Shown: positions 53,250-64,000 of the stretch, one piece after another | How the letters are laid out: each line of letters starts with the position of its first letter | How positions within the stretch are numbered: the first letter of the stretch is position 1 | The notes under the pieces: generated by a model | What the model was told of the DNA's origin: nothing | Database searches by the model: none | What the model saw: only the letters and a program-made list of their open reading frames with translations | Translations under genes and position numbers: made by a program | Source of the DNA: Cenococcum geophilum | Taxonomy: Eukaryota | Length of the DNA: 64,000 nt | Reading direction: 5' to 3' | Assembly (NCBI GenBank): GCA_050273025.1 | Contig: CP158635.1 | Span: 30,256,001-30,320,000, forward strand

Positions 53250-53760
53250 ATATAACTTTACTTCTAAGCCTTTATGCCGGTCTATAATTAATTATAAGTA
53301 TTATAGGCAATTTGGTGTTCCAGTATAGTTCCGTAGAACCTTTTAGTATAGGATTTAATATATAGAGCCTTAGCTTGCCGTTGTCTTTAACTATTAAGAT
53401 ATAACCTATAATCGTTTTATATAATCCTCTGCGTTACTAACGCATTATTCCTATATCTACCCTTAGGCTATTAAATACGGTTAAGGTATTAATTAGTTAA
53501 TTAAGGAGACTTATCTTTTAAGATCTAGTGTATATACTTTTAAATCTAATAGTCCTATACCGTATATTTAGTATAGCTCTACTACTTAGTAAATAGGAGG
53601 GACACTTTATAATAGCTCCTATAGCTATTATACAATTGTTAAGAACGTCTATAACGTTAATCTTTAATACTATAGTATTGTTTAGGTATAATTTAACCTA
53701 TATACGTCTTTAATTAACGTCTTAATTGCCTTCTCCTAGCCGCATACTTAGTTTTTATAA
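53250..53760 (+). pseudogene. RIP-degraded ORF of unknown function within element D
   Basis: One frame of about 165 codons whose stops are all TAA/TAG (revertible to Gln/Trp); aromatic-rich; no family recognised. Confidence 0.35.
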
Positions 53761-54052
53761 GGAAGTAATAGATAGATAATTTATACTCGTATTTCCTTCC
53801 TTTTTTTATTTTTATTTATTTTTATTTATTTTTATTTCCTTCCTTTTAAATAGCGCTATTATAACGGAGTTATATTAGTAAGGTTGCGGCTATTTACTAA
53901 AAGGGTATTGGACGGTAAAGTATAAGGACACCTTTGCTTATTAAGCTGCTCCTTTTCCTTAACACCTTACTTTCCCATTATTAACCTTCGTCCAATTTGG
54001 ACGTATCTTCGATATATTATTAAGATTTTCTTCTTTTTATTATTAATTTAAT

Positions 54053-57000
54053 ATGCCTCTTTATTCTCCTACTAACTACTCTTTTAAGTAGATTCTATAG
54101 CGTATCCTAGCCCTACCTTTATATATAAAACCCTAACCTTTACTAACTTGCAATTAGTGCTGGTCCTACCTAAATAATTTTGCCTATACGTTTTTAAAAA
54201 ACTAGAAATCTAATAATAGGATTTTAAAGGCTTATAATAAGACGCACTATATTAGATCTAATACCTTTAGTCCTTGTAATTAATATATGCGTACTAAAAG
54301 CGGCAGTTGCGTTAAGGTAAGCCTTTCTATAATTAATGTTACGGCTTATACAAATGCTTCTAAACCGAAGCTTGTAGAATGCTGTATTACAAAGATACTA
54401 AGCTAAAGAGAAGGAAAAGGGGTCGCTAAGACCGATATAAACAAATATATAGGGTAAGCCGCCAAGGCGCTAGCTTTAGGCGGGCTAATCGCAGGTCGGC
54501 AGAATATGGCAGAATTTAGCAGGTAACGTGCAATAGCGCCGTTATATCACCCCCCTCTTTAAAAGAAAAGCCTGCCCTTAGGCTTAGTTAAAAATAGGGT
54601 AGCACTAGGCTTATAAACGTAGGATTACAAAATATAAGATAAGGAGATAAAGGGGACATAAGTACGTCCAGACTAAGTACAAAGGGCAATTATAGGCTAA
54701 GTGGAAGCACTAGGCTAGAAATAGTAGCCGCTAAAAGTCTTAGCACGGATCTAACTAATTAGACAACTTCGACCGGCGGTCAAAGTTCCTAGATATCTAA
54801 AATTTTACGGTACTGGCAGAAAACGGCAGAATATAGCAGAATTTGGCAGACAGCTATATTAGGGCTTTAGGGCGTTTTTATCCCTATATTCTTCCGGTAA
54901 CTTATCGTCTTTATTATACTAGTATTCTATCTATTTATCTAGGTACTTTGGGGGTCCAGGTATATTAGGGTATTAGTTATAGAATTCTTTAAGCTTCTAG
55001 GGGCAGCCTATAAAGTTCTATGTAGGGTACTAGGTTAGGTTAGGATTGTAGCCCTTCTATTAAACACGGTATTTTAGCGTTCCCTATATTATCTTATAGG
55101 CCAGTACTTTATTAACCTCCTATTTGTTATTACCGTTTACTTAAACTAGTAGGGGAGGCTTATTCTTTTGTCCAGGTAATAGGTCGTTCGCAGCTTTCTA
55201 TAACTTATTTAGTAAGAAGATAGGGTAAACCCTAATTAAATCTAGAAGCTTTATTTTATACGAGTTACCTATCTTCTTAAGAACCTTATACGGTCCTACC
55301 ATCTAGTAGTCTAGCTTACAGCTAGGTTATTTAGTCTTCTAATTCCTTATTATAACCCAGATTATATTACTAGGGGCAAAATCGGGCTCTCGACGGTGTT
55401 TATTCGCCTACTATTCTATCGACCTCTAAGCTTTTTCCAGGTTCTCGCGGGCTACTATTTAGGCCTCCTCCAATCGTTTGGCGTACTATTAGGCCTTAGT
55501 ATAGGATAGCTTCTTTTATATAGTTTAGGGTTCTTCTAGCCTTTTCCAGTTAAAGCTTATACGGGGTAAGTATCCTATTTCCAGCTAAATCGGGGCAAAC
55601 CCTGTAAAGTCGTAGGGTAAAGTTGCTTGCGCGTAGTCCATTAAGGGTAGTAGTTTAGACCAATTATCCTAGAAATAGTTAATAAAGGGCCTAAGCCTCT
55701 AGTCCAGGTACTAATTTATAATCTCTATCTAACCGTCTATCTAGGGGTAATAAGCCATAGAAAGCTTTAGCTTAATACTTAAGATCTAGGTAAACTTATT
55801 CTAGAAGGCTGATATAAACTATAACCTATAATTAGATATAATAGTATCTAGTAGTCCGTAGATTTAGTAGACGTAATAGACATATAGCTAGGCTACCTCT
55901 TTAGCATCAATATTCTTATAATAGGGAATTAAAAACGGGCGTTTACTAAAGCGGTTAACTATAACTATAACTATATTATATCCGTTACGGTCCCTAGGTA
56001 GTTTATAAAAGTCTATAAAGATATGCTACTAAGGGCGCTCTAGTATTAGAAGTGGCTTAAGTAGTCCTAGGGTCTTATCCCGTGGGATTATAGCTCTCTA
56101 GTAGTCTTCGCAGTTCCGTATATATTAATTAATATCTATAACTATTTTTGGCTAGTAGTAGCGGCAGTTAATAATTTTACGGGTCTTGTTCTTGCTAGGG
56201 TATGCCATAAAGACTTAGCAATAAGCTTTGCGGATTAGTTTAGTCTATAGATTATTAATATTAGGGACTATAAGCCGCTCCTAATATAGGAGCAATCCTT
56301 CCTCCGTCTTAAAATTGGGGTCTCTTTTTACAGCTTATTTGCGGAGGGCCCTTAAGGTATTAGCCGTGCAGTTTGTAGTTAGGAGGCGGTTAATTAGCCC
56401 TATTAGCTTATCTAAGGACTCCTCTATTGGTACTAGCTCGTTTTGCTAGGAGTCTAGCTCCTTAAGGATCCGCGGGTTAAGCTATTCTGGATAGAAGAGG
56501 GCACACGTCTAATATTAGGTCTTTAGCTTATCCTAGGGTTCTATATCTTGTTCTCTTTGGGTTAGGGTATTAGCCTTAGAGTTTTACTTACTAGAACGAT
56601 ATATAATTATAAAGAAGAATTAGGAGAGTATTTTGGCCCACTAGGCTTATTATTTAGTAAGCTACTTTATAGTTATAAAGTACTCTAGGGCTTTATAATC
56701 TATATATATCTTAATCTAGGAGTTTATACCTTTAAGCTCTACACGCTATTAGGAAAGTAATTAAAGAATAGCTAGTATTTCTTTATTATGTACTTTATAG
56801 TTATACTTAGCCAGGTTTATTATCTTTAAGAAGAAAACTATAGGGTACTATTTACCGTCTAGATATAACTGTAATAGAATTCCCACTACGACCCTATTAG
56901 AGGCGTCCGTTTCTAGCATTAATTTAAGATCTAGGTTATAGTAATAAAGGATTAGGGAAGAGATAAGCCGATCCTTTATCTCTTTAAAGGCTTCTATATA

Positions 57001-60000
57001 GCTATTATTAAAGATAAAAGGCGTGTCCTTCCTAGTTAGTTGTATAAGAGGTTTTACTATAATTCTGTAGTTATAGATAAACTAGTGGTAGAAGTTATAA
57101 AAGCCGAGGAAGGATTGAATTTCTTTTACTATATAAAGGGGCTTTTAGTTATGGATTGCCTCTACCTTCTTAGGGTTAACCTTAATTCCTTCTATAGTTA
57201 CGATAAACCTAAGGTATTTTATACGTTTTACTCTAAACTCGCATTTCTTAATATTAACTTATAAGCCTACGTTCCGTAGTCTCTCCAGAACCTTCTTAAT
57301 ATAAATTTAATGCTGAAGTTTATCGTCTAAGTATATAAGAATGTCGTTTAGGTATACTATACAGAATTCGTTAAGGTAATTAAAAAGAATATTATTTATA
57401 TACCTTTGGTACGTAGCTAGTCCATTTATTAGTCTAAAAGGAAGAACTTTATATTTATAGGAACTATAACGGGTACAGAATGTTATTAAATTTTCGGATA
57501 TAGGGTTTATCCTAATTTAGTAGAAAGCTTAGCGGATATTAAGTTTAGTAAAGATCTTTATCTAGCTTAGACGTATAAGGGTTTCGTTAATTAAAGGAAT
57601 AGAATACCGGTCCTTTTAAGTAATAGCGTTTAGCTTTTAATAGTTAATATAAAAACAAAGGCCTCTATTAGGCTTTTTTATAAACAGAATAGGGGAAGTA
57701 AAAGGGGCTTAACTTAGCTTAATAAACCCTTTATCCAGGTTATTAATTAAGTACTACTTTATTACTTTTAGCTTATCCATTAATTAATAGTAGAGGGGGC
57801 TATAGCCTAGTAAGTTATTGGCTTCTAATTAAATCTTATAATTATATATCTAGTAGGGGGGTAACTTATCTAAGGCTGCCTTTAAGAATGCATCCTTATA
57901 GTCTGTATAAATAGTAAAAAGGAGGCGTTTAACTAGTTCCTTATTAGTTTCCTTAGCTAGCCTTTCCTCTCTATTATTAATAATTCAGTTAATTTTATAT
58001 AGGCTTATTATAAAGACCTTATTGTCCTTCTAGTATATATTAAAGTGGAACGCTATAGCGCTAATTACGGCGATATCTACGGTAGGGGGGTTGCCTAACA
58101 ATAGGGGCGTATATAACTTTAGGGACTTTTAGGGTACTGGCGTTATTATTACTCCTTTTAGCTCCTATTGCATCTTTCAGAAGTCATCCCTTATATCCTA
58201 TTAATACGTTCTTTTCTATACTAGTTAGATTCGTGCAATTTAGACGTTATCTATATTACTATCTATCCCGCTTTTATACGTAGAGTCCTTTTTAAATATA
58301 GCGCTTTAGGAGAGTATCTTTATCGGTATAGAGTTCTTTCCAGCTTTACGGCGGGCGTCTTCTTAGGTAAAGGCTAGGTCACGGGCCCGGACATCCTACT
58401 AGTAGGTAGGGTTAGCCCTTACGGCTAGTATCTTATAGTTAGTTCGGATCTCCCTAATAAAGAAGGGTAACCTTAGTCTATCCTCCGGCTAAATAAACCG
58501 TCTTTATTATATATTTAACTAAATATTAAAATAGGACATCTATTTTCGTCTAAGGATTATATTATAGGACCCCAGGTCTAGGATGCAAAAGGGGATACTA
58601 TATTAGCGTTGTCCATTAAGAGCGATATATAACTTTAAGACGTAAGTAACGGGCCAACCGGCTTAGCCGTTATAGCCTTTTACCTAAATAGGCTTCTCTA
58701 GTCGGATAGCTTTTATATTTAGAAACTTGGCAACATTATTTATATAGGCAGTATTTGTAAAGGCGAAGCCATTTGCTCTAGTATTAATAAGGGCGGTTAT
58801 ATTAACTCTATATCCATTTTAAAATACTGTATATAAAACCGTAAAATACTTTCTACCTATTAACTAACTAAGATTAATCTCTTTAAAATCAATAGGGTAC
58901 TCTAGGGGGGAGTCTTTCCCTAAAGTTCTTCTTTTCCTAACTTATTAGACGTTTCTCCTTCCTCTATCTCCTTAATATTGCCTATATCCTTTAGCTCTGG
59001 GCAGGATAAGGCAAAGTAACCCTACTTATTACAGTTATAGCATATAGCCGAGGTAGGGTTAATTAGAGTATTACGGCGAATACTAGTTAATAGCGTAGTA
59101 CGTAACTGGTTGGGCGAGGCTCGCTAGTGCGTAGTTATAACCGCCTTTAGTATAAGAGCAGTCGTAACTTATCTTCCTGCTTTAGCTCCTATAGGTATAG
59201 CTAGCGAGTTTTAATTGTTACGGAGTTGCTTCTACTAATTAGGGCGGGCGTTAATCCGCTTTAGTCCTAAGTCTAATAATAGGTAATAAGCTATAAGTCT
59301 TTTATAGGTTGGTAGGTTATCTAAAATTATAGCGATCTTTTCTTATAGCCGGATTATTAGCTTATTATATAGGTCTAATCGGTAGTTCTTAAGGGGAACC
59401 TAGCCTTCTCCTATAAGGTATAAGAATTAAGTCTGGAATTTAGCAAAGGGTTAGTTCGGTTTTATTATTAGGCAATTATAGTTATAATAGGTATCCCGTA
59501 CTTTATTTGGGTTAACATAAATAGCCGCTAGGTGCCGTATTATCTTATTAATAGATATAAACTGGATAGGGGAGTCGTCCTTAAACTTGGCTTAAAGGTG
59601 CCGTTAGGCGTCCCTAGTAGTTTAACTAAAGAGGTAAAGCATTTTTGCTTCTTTAGAAAGGAAATAGTTATAGTTAACGCGGAGCTTTCCTTATACTTAA
59701 ATCCTCCAATTCTTAAAGGTAGGGTCTATCCCATTAGATAGTAGTAGGGGGTTAAGGAGCTTAACGGACTTTAATTACTTCATTATTATATCCGTACTCC
59801 CTAGTATATCACATTTAGTGGAGTAAACAGGTCGGCTAGGGCTTTAAAAAGGGGAAGCTGGGCTATTTTATAGGGCTATAAGGCTTTCTAGAATCTCTTA
59901 TAGGGTCTTTTATATATTTCTCGCTTTAAGACAATCGGCTTCCTAGCTAGCTGCGAGGGCGCGAATCTGCTCGCATACGTCTACAGCGTTATTATTGTCT

Positions 60001-60630
60001 TCAATTTCTGATCCCAATTGGATCTCAGGTTCTTCTCGGGTAGAGGCAGCTCTCTTAAATAAGCTTACTTTAGGTGCTATTATTAGCTTCCTAAGGTTCG
60101 TTAGTATTATACGCTTTAGTTTCGATTCCGGGGGTACAGGTCCAGTCCTATCTAGCTTATAAGGTAGGATATTATCCAGGCCTTCCCAGGCAAGGTAGGG
60201 TAAGCTTAGTATAATATTACGGCTCGTATAAATGCTTCTAAACCGAAGCTTATAGAATACTGTATTACAAAGATACTAAGCTAAAGAGAAGGAAAAGGGG
60301 TCGCCAGGACCGATGTAAATAAATATATAGGGTAAGCCGCCAAGGCGCTAGCTTTAGGCGGGCCAATTGCAGGTCAGCAGAATATAGCAGAATTTGGCAG
60401 GTAACGTACGATAGCGCCATTACACTTAATAGATTTCCATTGCTAACTTTAAGCTTTAATAGTCTAGGCCTAAGTGGCGACATTCCTTTAATGTCCTTAA
60501 CTGCTACATCGCCTAGGCTCTCTCTTATTCTAGCGCAAATACTAAATAACTTAGCTAAATTTAAGACTATACTACGGCCATCTATACTACCTATAATTCC
60601 TAGTAAGCTAGCTAGTAACGCCTAATATAA
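54053..60630 (+). pseudogene. Spliced Cys-rich gene in element D (exon about 54053-54316, intron interrupted by Gypsy C, exon about 60455-60630)
   Basis: ATG 54053; C(D)QC...C...C(D)QC-x6-C-V-K then gtaagc donor; gctaac branch-like site at about 60442. Confidence 0.55.
54337..60424 (-). mobile_element. Ty3/Gypsy chromovirus family C
   Basis: 210-bp LTRs 54337-54546 and 60215-60424, flanks attaa/cttaa (4 of 5 match), PPT complement at 54547, CCHC about 59010-59045, protease about 58780, RT 57000-57800, IN 55500-56250, chromodomain about 55000-55130. Confidence 0.95.
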
Positions 60631-61799
60631 GAGTAAGGTTAGTATACTAAGGATAGGGTGCGGGATAGGGGTAATAAGAAGAAGATTGCTTTTTATTATA
60701 GGAAGGAGTTCGCATATACGCGTTAAGTTTTAAAAAAGCATAATATAATACGTTATTAAGTAGGTTACCCTTTAGGTACCTAGCGGATAGGTAATTAATA
60801 GTTGCCGTAGTAAGGTCTTGGTAGTTCTAAACTATACTAACTAGCTAACGTCTTTGTTTATTCTGGGCTTAAGCGTATTTTTATAACTATAAGCTTATAC
60901 CGCAAGAGCTTTATTAGTATTAGTTTAGACCTAATATTAGTATTAAGCGTTTAAGAGTCTCTGCTCTAGCTATACCTTATTATTCTACCCTTATTTTTAT
61001 ACCTACTTATACGCCTACTAAGGGATTTAGATCCCATTCTTATTAGCCATTACTTAATAGCCCAATAGATACTAATCCTACTCCTAAGGGTAAGGTATAG
61101 TAGCTTTTTAGATTAGGTATTTAGGATTTATTCTTATATATAGTAGCAATTAAGGACCTTAATTAGGTACTTAAAAAGGCCTTATAAGGCTTTTAGAAAG
61201 GGCTTAGAAGCCCTAGAAACAATATTCCTAATATAGATAAATAAATAGGAATACAATTTTAGCAAAATGCCCTATTAACTCTACACTATGTATATATAAA
61301 GGCTAAGGACCTATTCTACCTTAGGCTATAGCCCTATCCCTATAGTTTCTAGAGCCTATCTATTTTATATCCGATTTAACCTATTTACTTTTTTCGCGAG
61401 CTTTCTTCGTAGGTCGTGATAATACTATAGTATTAAAGCACTTTCTACAATTTATAGATTATAGACTTTAGTCCTAATATTCTTTTAAAATATCTTTATA
61501 ATTTAAGGTAATCCTCTAGTTCCTATATAGAGTCCTTAGCAGACCCGCGGAGGATAGGCCGGATAGGCCTCTCAGATAATAGACCTATTAGCTAATAGTA
61601 TCTGGAGACTATCTGGATAGTCTCTGGATAGTCTTAGCAAAACCACCTAATATACTTACACTTGTAATGCACCCCCCAATATTAAATAAATAAATTTTCT
61701 ATTAGTATAGATTTATAGAGCTTATAAAGCGCTTTAAAATTGTACCACTTTTATCTAAATATCCTAAGGATAAGTAATATTATATAGATATAAGGCTTA

Positions 61800-61955
61800 A
61801 GGGGAGCTCCGCACGAAGCTCTGCATAAAGCTTTTATATAGAGCCTCCGTAGTAGAGCTGTCGTACGTAAAACCGTCGTACGCAGAGCCGTCGTGCAGAG
61901 CCTCCGTATATAGAGCTTCGTATAGAGCTTTATGCAAAGCTTTATACAGAGCCTT
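61800..61955. repeat. Degenerate tandem array of 11-15 bp gagc(t/c)...gcaca-like units
   Basis: Visible repetition of agagc/aaagc-anchored units. Confidence 0.65.
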
Positions 61956-62147
61956 AGTAAATACCTTTAGCTTTCCTACTAATTAGATATCTTCTTTCTA
62001 CCTTTTTATTTATATTTCTCTTTATATAAAATACTATAAAGTAAAATAAAAATAGGAAAAAAGAGAGGAGACCCAGCAGTTTAAATTTAGTAACTTTTTT
62101 CTACTCCTTATTATCCCCTAGTTTTATAATCCGATCCTTACCCTCTA

Positions 62148-62702
62148 ATACTCCCGCTACCGCCACTATAGGCTAAGAATTTATATTATACGACGAATAT
62201 TAAGCTCTATAATCCCGCCACTTACAATTTCTACAGCATCTACTATAGAACCCTAGGAGACTCTGACATTTAATAAAGGGGTAAGGGCCTACTAGACGAT
62301 GTAGAGTTGCCGTATAAGCCTTATAAGGCTAGTATTAATTAGCTCTCTGCCTTATACAAGTAATATAGGTTACTTATAGTTATATTTAGAGACCCACGGC
62401 TCTAAATTAGAATTGCATTTATATATAAGGGCCTCCCTATCCATACCTGCCTTTCCGACACACCCCCAACCCAAGCCTCTATATTAATTGCTAGTAAAGC
62501 TTCTACCCTCTCCTATTTATCCTAAGAGTAGTTAGTTATATAAGTATATTATATAGAGAGGAGAGTTTACTTATAGTATGGCAATATTGCCGGAGAATCT
62601 ATTATACGGCAGGATGAGAAGTATACTAGACAATTATATTTCCCGATTCTCAATAAAGGACAACATTAGTGGGATTTAAACTTATAATCTATTAAGTTTA
62701 AA
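62148..62702 (+). pseudogene. RIP-degraded ORF of unknown function
   Basis: Single frame of about 185 codons with only TAA/TAG stops; no recognisable motif. Confidence 0.35.
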
Positions 62703-62793
62703 GTTAGCATATATTTACCTATACCACCTATACGCCTTTAGTGGTTACCTTTTGCCTAAAATTATTTTATTTATATACCCCTCTACTCCCCTT

Positions 62794-64000
62794 TAGTATT
62801 ATATAATATACCCCTTATATACTTTCCCTTATACAACTATAAGAGAATACTTAGAATCTTATAAGCTGCCTAGTCCTTCGCACATTCTAATACCTTAAGT
62901 ATTTATAGAGTAGTACTCGTACAATGTTATGGAACGCGACATTAAGAACCTAAAAATACTCTCTTTAGCTTATCGCTTATTCTAGGTATTAAGAGAACTT
63001 TAATTGCAAGCTATAAGAGTTGTGGAAATCTTATATACTAAAGAGGCTGGCTTTACTATTAAATAGCTGTTATATAGCTATCGAGCGGAATTAGATTCTT
63101 ATTAATATAGTTATTAAACTTATCCAGACTTTGTGGACGAGTATATTTTAAATAATACTAAAGACGAGCCTTATAGAAGGCAGAGAGGTTTTCTTCAGAC
63201 TCTAAAGGCGACTTTTAAGTTTTCTTAGTTATATACAACATAGTTAAACCTAAAAGTATTGCTTTCTCGCAGAATCTCTCCTAGAGCTTTTATACGCTAA
63301 AAAGCTTCTTTTCTCCTTTAACGATAATATAATTATTCCGATCTTTTAAGAAAGCCGTATAATACTCTAGGTTAAGAACTCGTGCCGCTAGATAGTAGGG
63401 TAAATTATCTAGCTTCTTAACGTACTTTATAAGCTTTTCCTTAGTATATTAGAGTTAAGGAGTTATAAACTTATCCTTAGCCTTAGTAGCTATTACCTAT
63501 AGGAAAGCTAGCTAAATAAATATTAAGAGTATCGTATAATATACTAATGCGGTCTATATTATATCCTTAAGAATATTAACTAATTCTAAAACCCTTTCTA
63601 GTGTTATATAATCTCCTTAAAGAAATAGAGTTGCTTTGTGGAAAGATTAAAGGAAATTATAAATTATATAAAGATGTATCTATTCGCTTATTAAGAGGAT
63701 ATTATCCTTTAAGTTATCCTTATAATGCTCTACATAGAGTTAAAGCCTAGCCTTTACCTTACCCTTTAGAGCTATATATAGCATAAGAAACTAGCTATTC
63801 TATCTTATACGGTTATTAAAAGGAACCATTTTACTAGTATGTTTAGTAAACCATATTATATAGTTAGCTAAGCTGCGGATATAAACGATATAGTTATAAA
63901 GCTTTCCCATTAGCCCTATAATATTTTAAATATTTTTACCTCTTTTACGCTTTTCGTCTAATACTAGCTCTAATTCTTTATCCTTCTTTTTCTTTTTTTT
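62794..64000 (-). mobile_element. hAT DNA transposon, 3' part with transposase C-terminus (about 62845-64000), truncated by window edge
   Basis: De-RIPed DNRTRWNSW (about 63810), YLAARVL(N)P (about 63385), dimerisation motif LAIEVLSIPGMSDKPERVFS (about 62950-63010); tagtatt at 62794 resembles a RIPed cagtgtt terminus. Confidence 0.88.

Noticed and set aside
61275..61279. ttaac as the right-hand TSD of element D
   Set aside because: It is not preceded by an LTR copy, and the host AcademH sequence does not resume after it.
1..64000. Alternative genetic code or stop-codon readthrough explaining the in-frame TAA/TAG; also a Starship element
   Set aside because: Stops differ between copies and follow CpA->TpA transitions, consistent with RIP. 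No tyrosine-recombinase captain gene was recognised.

Overview
AT-rich fungal (filamentous ascomycete-type) repeat block made almost entirely of nested transposons. All are degraded by C->T/G->A transitions typical of Repeat-Induced Point mutation (RIP), and I found no intact host gene. Paired termini and target-site duplications (TSDs) give the following nesting. The outermost layer is a reverse-oriented copy of an AcademH-like DNA transposon. It received (i) Ty3/Gypsy chromovirus family A copy A1 (282-8161), (ii) a solo LTR (8180-8441), (iii) a Tad1-like LINE with an unexplained 5' part (8641-37272), (iv) Gypsy family B (37317-51232) and (v) an LTR element D starting at 52766. The LINE holds a deleted Ty1/Copia (8840-24475) and Gypsy A2 (27626-35470). 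One Copia LTR holds a complete 12.1-kb AcademH-like element (8992-21084; 20-bp TIRs, 9-bp TSD, transposase, RecQ-like helicase, two tandem cargo genes). B holds Gypsy A3 (40678-48651), D holds Gypsy C (54337-60424), and a hAT transposase runs off the right edge. The most notable signal is that three unrelated element families (Gypsy A, LTR element D, AcademH) each carry a small spliced accessory gene with a six-cysteine Zn-cluster-like motif followed closely by an intron. Protein readings are my manual translations with RIP-created stops and substitutions mentally reverted, and no database searches were run.
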